DNA of 64,000 nucleotides from Bacilli bacterium (GTDB lineage Bacteria; Bacillota_I; Bacilli_A; RFN20; CAG-826): NCBI GenBank assembly GCA_045601085.1, contig JAZRZD010000002.1, positions 6,106 to 70,105 of the forward strand, read 5' to 3'. Shown piece by piece: positions 9,046 to 18,411 of this stretch (position 1 is its first letter; each line of letters starts with the position of its first letter). The notes under the pieces were generated by a model. It saw only the letters and a program-made list of their open reading frames with translations, ran no database searches and was not told where the DNA came from. The position numbers and the translations under genes were made by a program.

Positions 9046-9117
9046 TTAGTATTTAACTAAGACTATTAATATAATTAACAGTATTATGATAAATGCTGTT
9101 TTAGGAAAGGAATTCAA
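9046..9117 (-). CDS. Putative type I toxin peptide 2 (TTG start; MNSFPKTAFIIILLIILIVLVKY)
   Basis: AAAGGAAGGA RBS; 1-nt insertion relative to peptide 1, so either TTG-initiated or a pseudogene. Confidence 0.5.
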   Translation of the reverse strand: MNSFPKTAFIIILLIILIVLVKY

Positions 9118-9147
9118 TAATTAAATCCTTCCTTTCGTTAGTCTAGA

Positions 9148-9180
9148 TCACCTTGACGTCAGTAGGTGACCTCTTTTCAT
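9148..9180 (-). CDS. Leader uORF (MKRGHLLTSR)
   Basis: GGAGG RBS 7 nt before ATG, same position as uORF 1. Confidence 0.45.
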   Translation of the reverse strand: MKRGHLLTSR

Positions 9181-9425
9181 TCTTGAACCTCCATCTTGTA
9201 AACTATCCGAATTGCTCCGGCAAAACAAAAGTTAACATATATAAAATATTTAATCAATTACCCATATAGAGTTCCATATTATAAATAATATAGTTACTTA
9301 TATATAAACTAATAATATAGTATTTATTATTTAAATATGGAAAAATTTTATAAAAAAAATTATTCCATATAAAATGTTGATAATACATAAAGATGTGATA
9401 ATATAAGGCTAACGAGGGGCCGGAT

Positions 9426-9497
9426 TTAATACTTAACTAAAACCACTAATATGATTAACAGTATTAATGTAAATACCGTTGTAGAGAGAAACTCCTT
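9426..9497 (-). pseudogene. Toxin peptide 3 remnant (KEFLSTTVFTLILLIILVVLVKY)
   Basis: Homologous frame but start/RBS region deleted; in-frame TAA upstream; no terminator. Confidence 0.55.
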
Positions 9498-9644
9498 ACA
9501 TTAAATCTAAATCACCTGACTAGTCACGCTGGTCCCTTTATATTCTTTAACCTCCAAATGTTAGCTATCCGGATTAATCAGGCAAAAGAAAACTTAACAG
9601 ATAATAAAACATTGGATAATAATAGTCTTGATGTTATTATAAAT

Positions 9645-9704
9645 TCATCAAAGATCTAGGTGACCTTAAAAGAAAGAGAGCAGGGATGAAATGCTCTCTT
9701 TTTT
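9645..9704 (+). ncRNA. Putative orphan sRNA 5
   Basis: TTGGAT-N17-TATTAT promoter (9612-9640), body nearly identical to sRNA 1, terminator AAGAGAGCA/TGCTCTCTT. Confidence 0.55.
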
Positions 9705-9772
9705 CATTATCTATTAATAACTTATTGCATTAAGATATTCATTTGTTATAATAATAAAGCACTCAAAAGAAT

Positions 9773-9846
9773 GCAGGTGTAGTTCAGTGGTAGAACACTA
9801 CCTTGCCAAGGTAGTTATGCGAGTCCGATTCTCGTCACCTGCTCCA
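9773..9846 (+). tRNA. tRNA-Gly(GCC)
   Basis: Cloverleaf, anticodon loop TTGCCAA, CCA end; TTGCAT...TGTTATAAT promoter upstream. Confidence 0.95.
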
Positions 9847-9877
9847 GATAGCAAATTTGACTCGTTAGAGTCTTTTT

Positions 9878-10492
9878 TTATTTTTGTTTAAGTTTATGTA
9901 ATCTAACTACAAAATCTTGAATAGAATCTTCATCTAAATTAGGAATATCTCTAGATTCAATAGCCTCTAATAGCTTTTCTAATCTATTGCGTTGGATAAT
10001 GTAATATTTGCTAGAAGTATTCTTAATAGCGACATTACATTCATTATTGATTAACGCAACACCGATAAATAAATCTTCATTTAATGCAGAATAGCTAGAG
10101 AATGATTCTACTAACGTTTTAACATCAATTAATGGATTAATATGATATAACTTTTCTCCATTGTCTTTATTAACAATAATATTAGAATCGTGTTGATCGC
10201 CAGTAAGATGGCCATCAAAACGATAATCTAAGATTAGATATATGTATTTATCGCCAAATAACATATGGTCAATCTTATATTTATATTTCTCATCAAAGGC
10301 AAAAGAGAAATTATTAATCAATAAATAATCTTTACTATTAGATATGGCGTATATCTTTTTGTAGTAATATTCTTTGAACTTAATATTGTTATGTCTTTTT
10401 ATTAATGGAAACACTACAAAAATAAGTAAACAAACAATCACTACGATTGGTACAACAATAATAAATATTATTTGCGCTGCTGTTAAAGACAT
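9878..10492 (-). CDS. NERD-domain (nuclease-related) membrane-anchored protein
   Basis: N-terminal TM, KIDHMLFGDKYIYLI motif. Confidence 0.7.
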   Translation of the reverse strand: MSLTAAQIIFIIVVPIVVIVCLLIFVVFPLIKRHNNIKFKEYYYKKIYAISNSKDYLLINNFSFAFDEKYKYKIDHMLFGDKYIYLILDYRFDGHLTGDQHDSNIIVNKDNGEKLYHINPLIDVKTLVESFSSYSALNEDLFIGVALINNECNVAIKNTSSKYYIIQRNRLEKLLEAIESRDIPNLDEDSIQDFVVRLHKLKQK

Positions 10493-10494
10493 AA

Positions 10495-11103
10495 TTAATC
10501 AAATATTGTTTCCTTATTTTTAGCAGCGTTTATCATACGCATTAATAGTTCCATAGATACTTTCTTAGAAATAGGTGGAAGATTATCTATATCAAAGAAT
10601 GCTACATCATCTGTTTCATATTCATGTTCATGAAGTGGATTAATTAGTTCTCCTTCAAATATAGCGACATATTCAGGGAGGCCTACACTACCTTCACTAG
10701 GTAAACGATTAAGTAATCCCACTAGACGAACTATGTTTACATCTGCTCCTGCTTCTTGAGAACATTCTACTTTTGCGGCTTCACTAGGAGTTTCATATAA
10801 ATCAGCCCATCCTCCTGGAAGAGAATATAAATGAGAATTAACTTCTCTAACAAATAAGACTTTAGTTCTTGTTTTATCAAATATGACAGTTCTAACAGAG
10901 ATATTAGGTGTTGGATATATATCTTTTTGGAAATAATTAGGACGATCAAAATTGACCAACATAAAATTTTCTAAGTATTTCTTAGATAATTCATTTATTT
11001 CATGATAGTTAGTCAAAGCATATGGATCTTTAGAATAAGTTAATCCAATTTTAGCGATAGACTGAACCTTAATTAAAAAGTCATAAAAAGATAAGTCCGC
11101 CAT
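10495..11103 (-). CDS. Nudix hydrolase with N-terminal domain
   Basis: SLPGGWADLYETPSEAAKVECSQEAG Nudix box. Confidence 0.85.
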   Translation of the reverse strand: MADLSFYDFLIKVQSIAKIGLTYSKDPYALTNYHEINELSKKYLENFMLVNFDRPNYFQKDIYPTPNISVRTVIFDKTRTKVLFVREVNSHLYSLPGGWADLYETPSEAAKVECSQEAGADVNIVRLVGLLNRLPSEGSVGLPEYVAIFEGELINPLHEHEYETDDVAFFDIDNLPPISKKVSMELLMRMINAAKNKETIFD

Positions 11104-12143
11104 TATTCAACAACGACCGCTTTTACTAATGAACGTGGATTATCTACGTTTAAACCTTTATCTTTACTTGTGTTATAGGCAATTAATTGTTCACAAACTA
11201 CTTTGACAATTGTTTCTAAATAATAACATACATCTTCTGTTACAAAAGAATCACTTTCTAAAGAAAGATGTTTAGAAGAAATGATAATTAAATCTGCTCC
11301 TTTAGAGTAGATATCTTGTAAGTTATTTCTAAATAATTTATTAGTGGTGTCATCACTAATTAAGCCCACTACTGGGACACCTTTTTCAATTAATGCAATA
11401 GGGCCATGTTTAAGTTCGCCACCAGGATATGCTTCTGAATGGATATAACATGTTTCTTTAAGTTTTAATGAGCCTTCCATAGCAGCAAAATGATCAATAC
11501 CTCTTCCTAGGAAGAATGCATTTTTAGCGTTAACAAAATATTTTGATAAGTCTGCTAATTTATTTTGGCGTTTAATAATATCTTCTACTGCTCTTTTAGC
11601 GTCCATAACTTCGCAATAGATATTTGGATTACCTTTAACAGATTCCATTAACATAGCAATCATTTCTACTTGAGCAACATAGCTTTTAGTAGCAGCAATA
11701 GCTTTTTCTTCGCCACAATCTAAAGGTAAGCACCACTTTGCTAATTTATCGATAGAAGAATTTCTAACATTGGTAATAGAGACAATATCACCTTTAAGAT
11801 ATTTCTTACATGCTAATATATCAGCGGTTTCTCCTGATTGACTTACTAAGATAAATACAGGCTTTTTGCCGTAGATAATTGGGTTATACGCCCATTCTGA
11901 AGCAATATATGCATCAGAGATTTTACCTAATTTTCTAGCTAGATACACTCCTACCATAGAAGCGTGGTAGCTAGTGCCACATGCTAAGAAAATAATGTTG
12001 TCACTTTTCTTAATAGCTTTAATTAATTTTGGATCAAAACTTACTTTCCCATCCTTCATATAACGGGATAAAATTTCTTCCATTATTCTTGGAGATTCTT
12101 CAATCTCCTTAATCATATTAAATGGATAACTTTTCATATTCAC
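11103..12143 (-). CDS. SIS-domain-only GlmS-like protein (glucosamine-6-phosphate isomerase/deaminase)
   Basis: ACGTSYHAS, SQSGETAD, ATKSY, EGSLKLKE, GELKHGP motifs; lacks the N-terminal glutaminase domain. Confidence 0.8.
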   Translation of the reverse strand: MNMKSYPFNMIKEIEESPRIMEEILSRYMKDGKVSFDPKLIKAIKKSDNIIFLACGTSYHASMVGVYLARKLGKISDAYIASEWAYNPIIYGKKPVFILVSQSGETADILACKKYLKGDIVSITNVRNSSIDKLAKWCLPLDCGEEKAIAATKSYVAQVEMIAMLMESVKGNPNIYCEVMDAKRAVEDIIKRQNKLADLSKYFVNAKNAFFLGRGIDHFAAMEGSLKLKETCYIHSEAYPGGELKHGPIALIEKGVPVVGLISDDTTNKLFRNNLQDIYSKGADLIIISSKHLSLESDSFVTEDVCYYLETIVKVVCEQLIAYNTSKDKGLNVDNPRSLVKAVVVE

Positions 12144-12148
12144 ACCCC

Positions 12149-13501
12149 TTAATAACTAATACCTTTAATGTATTCAACAAGTTCATCAACTATCTTTTGA
12201 CAGATTTCTGTAGAACTTGCTTCCACCATGACACGAACTAATTGTTCTGTACCACTAGGTCTTACTAATATTCTTCCATCACCGTTAAGTGATTTTTCTA
12301 ATGTGTTGATTAATTGATTAAATCCCACATGATTCATAACGGCGTCTTTATTGCTAACACCAACGTTTTCTAATACTTGAGGGAAACTTAAACAATCTTT
12401 AGTTAATTCTTCAAGTGACATACCCTTATTAGCGATGACATTTAATGTATGGATTGCAGTTAACATTCCATCACCAGTATTTAAATCATCATTAAAAATG
12501 ATGTGACCACTTTGTTCGCCACCAATTGAAAGATGTTTTTCTTTTAATTTGGCTTGAACATATTTATCACCAACTGATGTTTCTTCATAATCAATGCCTT
12601 TATTTGTTAAGGCTTTCTTTAGGCCTAAATTGCTCATTACTGTAATAACAATTTTGTTATCAGTTAATAAGCCTTTTTCTTTCATATATAAAGCATTGAG
12701 ATACATGGTTTTATCACCATCCACAACATCGCCTTTGGAATCCACTAAAATTAATCTATCAGCATCACCATCAAAGGCTAAACCTAAATCATAATTACCT
12801 TCTTTGATTTTCTTACATAAGAAGTTAATGTGGGTTGAACCACAGTTATCATTAATGTTCGTGCCATTAAATGAATCGTTTAATATTTCTGCATTAAGAT
12901 GTAAACGATCAATAAATAATTTCTTAGCAGTAACTGAACTACTACCATGAGCGCAGTCAATTAAAACATGTAATTTAGAATAATCTCCATCCGCTTTAGT
13001 GGCTAAGAAATCTAAATATTCATTCATTTGCTCTTTAGCGATAATTAATCTACCTAACTTTTCATTAGAGATTAATGGAAGGTCGTCTTGTTCATTATCT
13101 ATGTATTTCTCAATTAAAAGTTCAATATCATTAGATAATTTCTCTCCAGTAGGAGCAAATATTTTAATACCATTATCAAAGAATGGATTATGAGAAGCAC
13201 TAATCATAATGCCAAAGTCATAATCATTATTTTCTACTAAATAAGAAATACTAGGAGTTGTGGTAACTCCAAGTTCATACACATCTCCACCACTAGCAGT
13301 AATGCCAGCAATAAGAGCGCTATCAAGCATATTTCCGCTTAATCTTGTGTCTCTACCTAAAAGGATTTTATTTTTCTTTCCATTAGGGTATTGACCAATA
13401 TATCTACCAATTCTATAAGCTAATGTCGCGGTTAATTTAACGTTAGCAATACCTCTAACGCCATCAGTGCCAAAATATTTTCCCATATTATTCAGCCTCA
13501 A
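12149..13501 (-). CDS. glmM: Phosphoglucosamine mutase
   Basis: YFGTDGVRG, ISASHNP, FDGDADR, GGEQSGH, RPSGTE. Confidence 0.95.
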   Translation of the reverse strand: MRLNNMGKYFGTDGVRGIANVKLTATLAYRIGRYIGQYPNGKKNKILLGRDTRLSGNMLDSALIAGITASGGDVYELGVTTTPSISYLVENNDYDFGIMISASHNPFFDNGIKIFAPTGEKLSNDIELLIEKYIDNEQDDLPLISNEKLGRLIIAKEQMNEYLDFLATKADGDYSKLHVLIDCAHGSSSVTAKKLFIDRLHLNAEILNDSFNGTNINDNCGSTHINFLCKKIKEGNYDLGLAFDGDADRLILVDSKGDVVDGDKTMYLNALYMKEKGLLTDNKIVITVMSNLGLKKALTNKGIDYEETSVGDKYVQAKLKEKHLSIGGEQSGHIIFNDDLNTGDGMLTAIHTLNVIANKGMSLEELTKDCLSFPQVLENVGVSNKDAVMNHVGFNQLINTLEKSLNGDGRILVRPSGTEQLVRVMVEASSTEICQKIVDELVEYIKGISY

Positions 13502-14279
13502 ACTTCATGTAGTTTTCGAAAGCTCTAATAAAGTTATCTGGATCAACAGTTTCAAGTTCACCATTAACTGCGATAGATACTCTACCAGTTTCTTCACTAA
13601 CAATAACAGTGATAGCATCACTTACTTCACTAATACCAATAGCGGCTCTATGACGGGAACCATATTTACCAGCAAATGGTTTAGTAGATGGGGTAAAGAA
13701 TACACTAGCGTATGTTATTTCATTACCATGGATAATAACTGCACCATCATGAAGTCTTGTCCCAGGATAAAAGATTGTTTCTAATAATTCATGAGTAACA
13801 GGAGCGTTAATAGGAACACCATTTTTAGAAATATCTTTAAGTGTTGTGGACTTTTCAAAAGTCATAATTGCACCTGTTCTTGTATTTGATAAGTTAATTA
13901 TTGCTTGTTTAACTTCATTATATAAGGCTTTAGAATCATAGATTTTTTCTAATCCAAATTTACCATTTTTAGCAGTCTTCTTACTAAATGGAGCAGCTAA
14001 AAATTTACGTAAATCACCAATATTTGAATATAAAATCATAAAACATCCAACTGTATATAAACAAATAGAAAGGATGTATAACCAAATTAAATTAAAAATA
14101 AACGCAAAGACAGATAATGCAGTAAACACTAATACAAAGACTAAAGCTGTTTTACGCTTAGATAATTTAATGACTGCAAAACCGCAGACAATAAAAGTAA
14201 GTGCTATAAAAATAATATTAAGCACTAAATTACCGGTATTCCCGGAGTCCCATACAAAGTCCATAATTTTACCTCGCAA
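13488..14279 (-). CDS. cdaA: Diadenylate cyclase CdaA
   Basis: Three N-terminal TM helices, LHDGA and GSRHRAA motifs; directly upstream of glmM. Confidence 0.9.
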   Translation of the reverse strand: MRGKIMDFVWDSGNTGNLVLNIIFIALTFIVCGFAVIKLSKRKTALVFVLVFTALSVFAFIFNLIWLYILSICLYTVGCFMILYSNIGDLRKFLAAPFSKKTAKNGKFGLEKIYDSKALYNEVKQAIINLSNTRTGAIMTFEKSTTLKDISKNGVPINAPVTHELLETIFYPGTRLHDGAVIIHGNEITYASVFFTPSTKPFAGKYGSRHRAAIGISEVSDAITVIVSEETGRVSIAVNGELETVDPDNFIRAFENYMKFEAE

Positions 14280-14346
14280 TCCAAATCACCACAATTTGAT
14301 TGTGTATGTACACACATTATAATATTGCGGGCGGATATGTATCAAA

Positions 14347-14733
14347 TTATTTTTCTATCTTTATAAAATTTGGTTTTTTAATAACTTCTTTTTTCTTAAA
14401 TGGAGTTTTATGTTTCTTTTTGAAGCGAAGCAATTGTGCCTCTCCATATTCTGTAATAGCGAGATATAAGTTATCAGTGTTTTCATCATATATCTTTTTA
14501 AGATAACCATATCTAAGTAACATCAATATGTATCTAGATAATTTCTTACTTGGATAAGAGATTAGACTACGATAAGTAGAAACATCATTAAAAGATATAG
14601 TTTCATCATCAACTTCACCTTTAAGGATATTTAAAACACCTTTCACTAAAGGGTAATATCCTTTTTCATTTATCTCTTGGATAGTTATCATTATTTTATA
14701 ATGAGTTATTTTAGGTTTGAATGAAGTAGCCAT
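14347..14733 (-). CDS. RQC-like winged-helix protein
   Basis: GVLNILKG, LLRYGYL, YLAITEYG pattern of RecQ C-terminal-type domain. Confidence 0.55.
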   Translation of the reverse strand: MATSFKPKITHYKIMITIQEINEKGYYPLVKGVLNILKGEVDDETISFNDVSTYRSLISYPSKKLSRYILMLLRYGYLKKIYDENTDNLYLAITEYGEAQLLRFKKKHKTPFKKKEVIKKPNFIKIEK

Positions 14734-14802
14734 TAAGAAAATTATATATCATTATTAAGCAAAAATAATGTTTTTTGCTACAATAGTAATGAGGTAAAAC
14801 TT

Positions 14803-15522
14803 ATGTCAAACCATATTGAAGCAAATAAAGAAGATATCGCAAAGATTGTTTTAATGCCTGGTGATCCAAATAGGGCTACTTGGTTAGCGGAAACATATTT
14901 AAAGAATGTAAAACTAGTTAATAATTACCGTGGAATGCTAGCATATACAGGATATACAAAAAAGAACAACACTAAAGTGACTATAATGTCTTCTGGTATG
15001 GGTATCCCATCTATGGGCATATATTCTTATGAATTATTTGGTGAATATGACGTTGATATCATTATAAGAATTGGTACATGTGGCACATATCAAGAACATA
15101 TAAATGTAGGGGATATTATTGTAGCAACATCTAGCTCCACTAACTCTAATTATGCAAATCAATTTAGACTAGAAGGTGGCATATATTCTCCTTGTGCAGA
15201 TATTGATGCTTTATATCAAGCAAAAAGATTATGTGAAAAACATAAATATAATGCTTATTTCGGTAATATTTTATCTAGTGATAATTTCTATAATGACAAC
15301 AAAGAAATGCGTGGTCGTTGGTCAAAACTCAATGTTTTAGCGGTAGAAATGGAAACTTATTCGTTATACACAAATGCTGCTTCATTTAGAAAAAGAGCAT
15401 TAACTTTGTTAACAGTAACCGATAATCTAGTTAAAAAACAAACTCCTGCCAGCAAAGAAGAACGTACTTCTGGATTATCCACTATGGCGGAATTAGCCAT
15501 TGAAATATCAGAAAATTTGTAA
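14803..15522 (+). CDS. deoD: Purine-nucleoside phosphorylase
   Basis: LMPGDPNRA, SGMGIPS, IRIGTCG, VEMET. Confidence 0.93.
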   Translation: MSNHIEANKEDIAKIVLMPGDPNRATWLAETYLKNVKLVNNYRGMLAYTGYTKKNNTKVTIMSSGMGIPSMGIYSYELFGEYDVDIIIRIGTCGTYQEHINVGDIIVATSSSTNSNYANQFRLEGGIYSPCADIDALYQAKRLCEKHKYNAYFGNILSSDNFYNDNKEMRGRWSKLNVLAVEMETYSLYTNAASFRKRALTLLTVTDNLVKKQTPASKEERTSGLSTMAELAIEISENL

Positions 15523-15891
15523 TTAATTTTTAAATTCTTCATCAGGAATAAGAATCATACAGATTCCACCTGGAAGATTAAGGAAAATAATATTTAAAAT
15601 AGAAATCGCTAAGAGGTCTTGTCTACACTTAGCTTTTTTTATTTTATTTCTAGCAATCATTATAAATATAATAGGTAAGCAAAATATGCTCATAAATACA
15701 AAGCAAACAACAATTAGAGTTATTGCAGTTTGTTTTGCGAATTCAATATCTATTTCACTAGTTTCTATTACTGCTTGCACTAATGCATCAAATGAAGTGA
15801 TAAACATTAAGGCAAATACAAGGAAAATAACAGCGATAATGATATCGAATATCATGAATATTGTATTTAATATGTTAGCGGCTTTCTTCAT
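15523..15891 (-). CDS. Hypothetical membrane protein
   Basis: Three hydrophobic segments, 122 aa. Confidence 0.7.
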   Translation of the reverse strand: MKKAANILNTIFMIFDIIIAVIFLVFALMFITSFDALVQAVIETSEIDIEFAKQTAITLIVVCFVFMSIFCLPIIFIMIARNKIKKAKCRQDLLAISILNIIFLNLPGGICMILIPDEEFKN

Positions 15892-16106
15892 ACCTTATTA
15901 TATTACCTTATATCTAATAGAAAGTATAAACACTTGGCATATATTTTAATAATGATGAAATTTATATCTTTCATATGTCGCTCTTTTCAATAACTTAATT
16001 ATGATCCAGTTCATAAACAAGTTTTAGATTATTCATTTAAAAAAACAGCCATAATGAGGAGTTCTCAATATTAGCTGTTTTATTAACTAATTTTTAATAA
16101 ATACGA

Positions 16107-17384
16107 TTAACCGTAAATTATATCTCTTAGATAATCATTGAGATTATAGAAATTAACTGTAGGCTCTATGTCCACTAATTCGTATGTAGCGTTTAATGTT
16201 ACCGCATAGACATCATCACCATCATATTGGGTAATTTCAATTTTGGATATGTTACCCATATCAGTGTATGTGTAATTAAATTCAAGATAGATAGAGTCAA
16301 ATTCTCTATCAGTGCTGACTTGGAAAGATGATAACTTGTTTTTATCATCGTAGTTATATTTGATGCATGTTGAATTATAATCATCAATAACTAAGTTACT
16401 AAATGGAATTACTTCAATATCTGATTTAGTTGTGAATGTAAAACTATCAGCGTTTTCTAAAGAAAGAAGATTAATAACTTTTGTTTTACCGTCATCAGAT
16501 GTGTAAAGTTCATAACAATCAGATAGCAATTCATATTTATCAGTTTTATATTGGAAAAATTCAATAAAATCATGGCCTTCACTATTTTCGGATTTTTTGC
16601 AAACAATTTCACTTACTCTAGGCTCACTCCATCCATCTTTACTTAAATCAGGATAGTCCACCATATCGTAGTATTTTGTGTGATCCTCATTAGATGAATA
16701 TGTATATGTTCCAGAAAGTGGATAACCATCATCATCTAATTCATAGTCATAGGCATTAATATTTAATTGACCTTTTGTGAAAATAACATTTGGTTCCATA
16801 TGATAAACATTAAGCGAATCATATTCAAATGAAGAGTCATTGAAGAAATAACTACATTTCTTTAAATTAGTAGTTTTTAATGTTTCTGCATCTAGGTACT
16901 CTCTTTCTAAATACTTCACTAATAAAGTATCTGTTGAGTCATATTCATTTTCATTTACAACAGAAGCTTTGTAGTTTTTTCCATTAATCTCTAAAGTTGG
17001 GCCTAAACCTTCTTCATCGCAGATAACTTCCTTGAGGATATGTCCAGTTTTACTATATTTATATTGGCCTGCGTAGTTAAGGAATTCATACCCTTCTTCA
17101 TATTCAACAACACCATTATAAGTGTTTTCTTCACCATCAACTTTAAATAAAGAATGCGTACCATTAACGGTTAATTCTTCTTCAGTTTGTGTGAAGTTAT
17201 CAATAACATCACCATTATCTAAATAAGTAAAATCATGGGTTTCTCCAACAAAACCTACTGGATCACTCACAATAGAAAATGATTTTAAACGTTCATATTT
17301 CTTCTCTGGTTGTGGATTATCAGTAGTACAACCTGCTAACAATAAAGTTGCAGACAAGCAAAATAAGATTTTTCTAATCTTCAT
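16107..17384 (-). CDS. Hypothetical lipoprotein
   Basis: Signal peptide with lipobox LLAGC; acidic, Tyr-rich body; GGAG RBS. Confidence 0.8.
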   Translation of the reverse strand: MKIRKILFCLSATLLLAGCTTDNPQPEKKYERLKSFSIVSDPVGFVGETHDFTYLDNGDVIDNFTQTEEELTVNGTHSLFKVDGEENTYNGVVEYEEGYEFLNYAGQYKYSKTGHILKEVICDEEGLGPTLEINGKNYKASVVNENEYDSTDTLLVKYLEREYLDAETLKTTNLKKCSYFFNDSSFEYDSLNVYHMEPNVIFTKGQLNINAYDYELDDDGYPLSGTYTYSSNEDHTKYYDMVDYPDLSKDGWSEPRVSEIVCKKSENSEGHDFIEFFQYKTDKYELLSDCYELYTSDDGKTKVINLLSLENADSFTFTTKSDIEVIPFSNLVIDDYNSTCIKYNYDDKNKLSSFQVSTDREFDSIYLEFNYTYTDMGNISKIEITQYDGDDVYAVTLNATYELVDIEPTVNFYNLNDYLRDIIYG

Positions 17385-17855
17385 ACATTATCTCCTTTTA
17401 ATATTTTTTATATTATAGCATTTTATTAGATATAATCGAAGAAAATGTAAATTAGAAATGTTTTAATACAAAGTAGCAATCTTGTTTTTGAATGCCTAAT
17501 TATTGTCTTTAATCTATCAGGAGAAACTTATCTGTAATTGTGACTATATCGTGTATCTGTGATTTATTAATCATTAGAGCTGGTACTTGCTTGTCTTGGC
17601 CTATCAAAATAATCTCTACAGCAATAATATTTTATTGTTGTAACTTTTTTTCAATCAATTCAATAACAAAAAAACTAATATCTAAAATATGGCTTAATAG
17701 AGAACGAAACATTGTTTAATTCATGTTCTTTTTTCTTTTCTGAAATATCAATAGCTGAGCCTTCAAAAATTAAAGAGCTTTTTCAACATTGTTTTGTGTC
17801 TGTTGAACTACCCACCCACTTAACCAAACATGTATTGTAGATGGGGGTAGTTCAA

Positions 17856-18101
17856 TTAATAACTAATCTCATCTTCATTTGTAGACTCAATAATTTCAGA
17901 CAAAAGTTTATTATTAATTTTATAATTCAACATTTCTTCAATATTTAAGAAAGAAGAGTGCTCGGTATGGTTTTCATTGCCGATGTAATATCTAACTTCA
18001 TCATTAAGTTCGGCCTTGGTAAAAGAATAAAACACATCATCTATATTGAATTCTATGTCGAAACCGTGAATTAATAGATCTTTAAATTTTTTAATTTCCA
18101 T
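17856..18101 (-). CDS. Putative immunity protein A
   Basis: Small acidic ORF overlapping toxin A stop; start moved to MEIKK (AAAGGAG RBS); terminator hairpin follows (~17803-17853). Confidence 0.6.
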   Translation of the reverse strand: MEIKKFKDLLIHGFDIEFNIDDVFYSFTKAELNDEVRYYIGNENHTEHSSFLNIEEMLNYKINNKLLSEIIESTNEDEISY

Positions 18102-18411
18102 ATGCATGTGCTCCTTTCTTGCGATCGATATGGTTATCAACGATATTAATTATATGTGTATGTGGAACTTTATGTACTTCCGGTGTGCCGTGATCCGTAT
18201 AATCAACATCTTTCCAGGCTCTGCCTTTATCGTCATAATGTCTGATTCTTACAATTTTTCCATTATCATCTATTTGTGTAATGGTGCTATTTGGTGTGTG
18301 AACGTCAGGCAAGTGATGTGGGTGATTATGATTTTTAAGAATAATTGATTTCCCAAACCATTTTCTACTCTTTAGGTCTTTTGTTCCAAATAATGGTGAT
18401 CTACCTTTCAT
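18091..18411 (-). CDS. Putative polymorphic toxin A (His-rich nuclease-like domain)
   Basis: RHYDDKGRAWKDVDYTDHG...HKVPHTH motif recalled from polymorphic-toxin C-terminal domains; N-terminus MKGRSPLF. Confidence 0.6.
   Translation of the reverse strand: MKGRSPLFGTKDLKSRKWFGKSIILKNHNHPHHLPDVHTPNSTITQIDDNGKIVRIRHYDDKGRAWKDVDYTDHGTPEVHKVPHTHIINIVDNHIDRKKGAHAYGN

Larger units (their letters stand above)
8609..9368. repeat. Near-identical ~170-bp AT-rich direct repeat (8609-8780 and 9196-9368), 587-bp period
   Basis: Visual alignment from ttgtaaactatccgaatt to attattccat; contains the minus-strand promoter TTGATT-N17-TAACTT. Confidence 0.9.

Noticed and set aside
8330-9710. Possible CRISPR array or riboswitch cluster
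   Set aside because: Each unit has its own promoter and terminator and an antisense peptide ORF; no constant repeat-spacer period; no riboswitch consensus recognised.
17400-17800. Short minus-strand ORF fragments
   Set aside because: Broken frames with no recognisable homology; cannot support a call.
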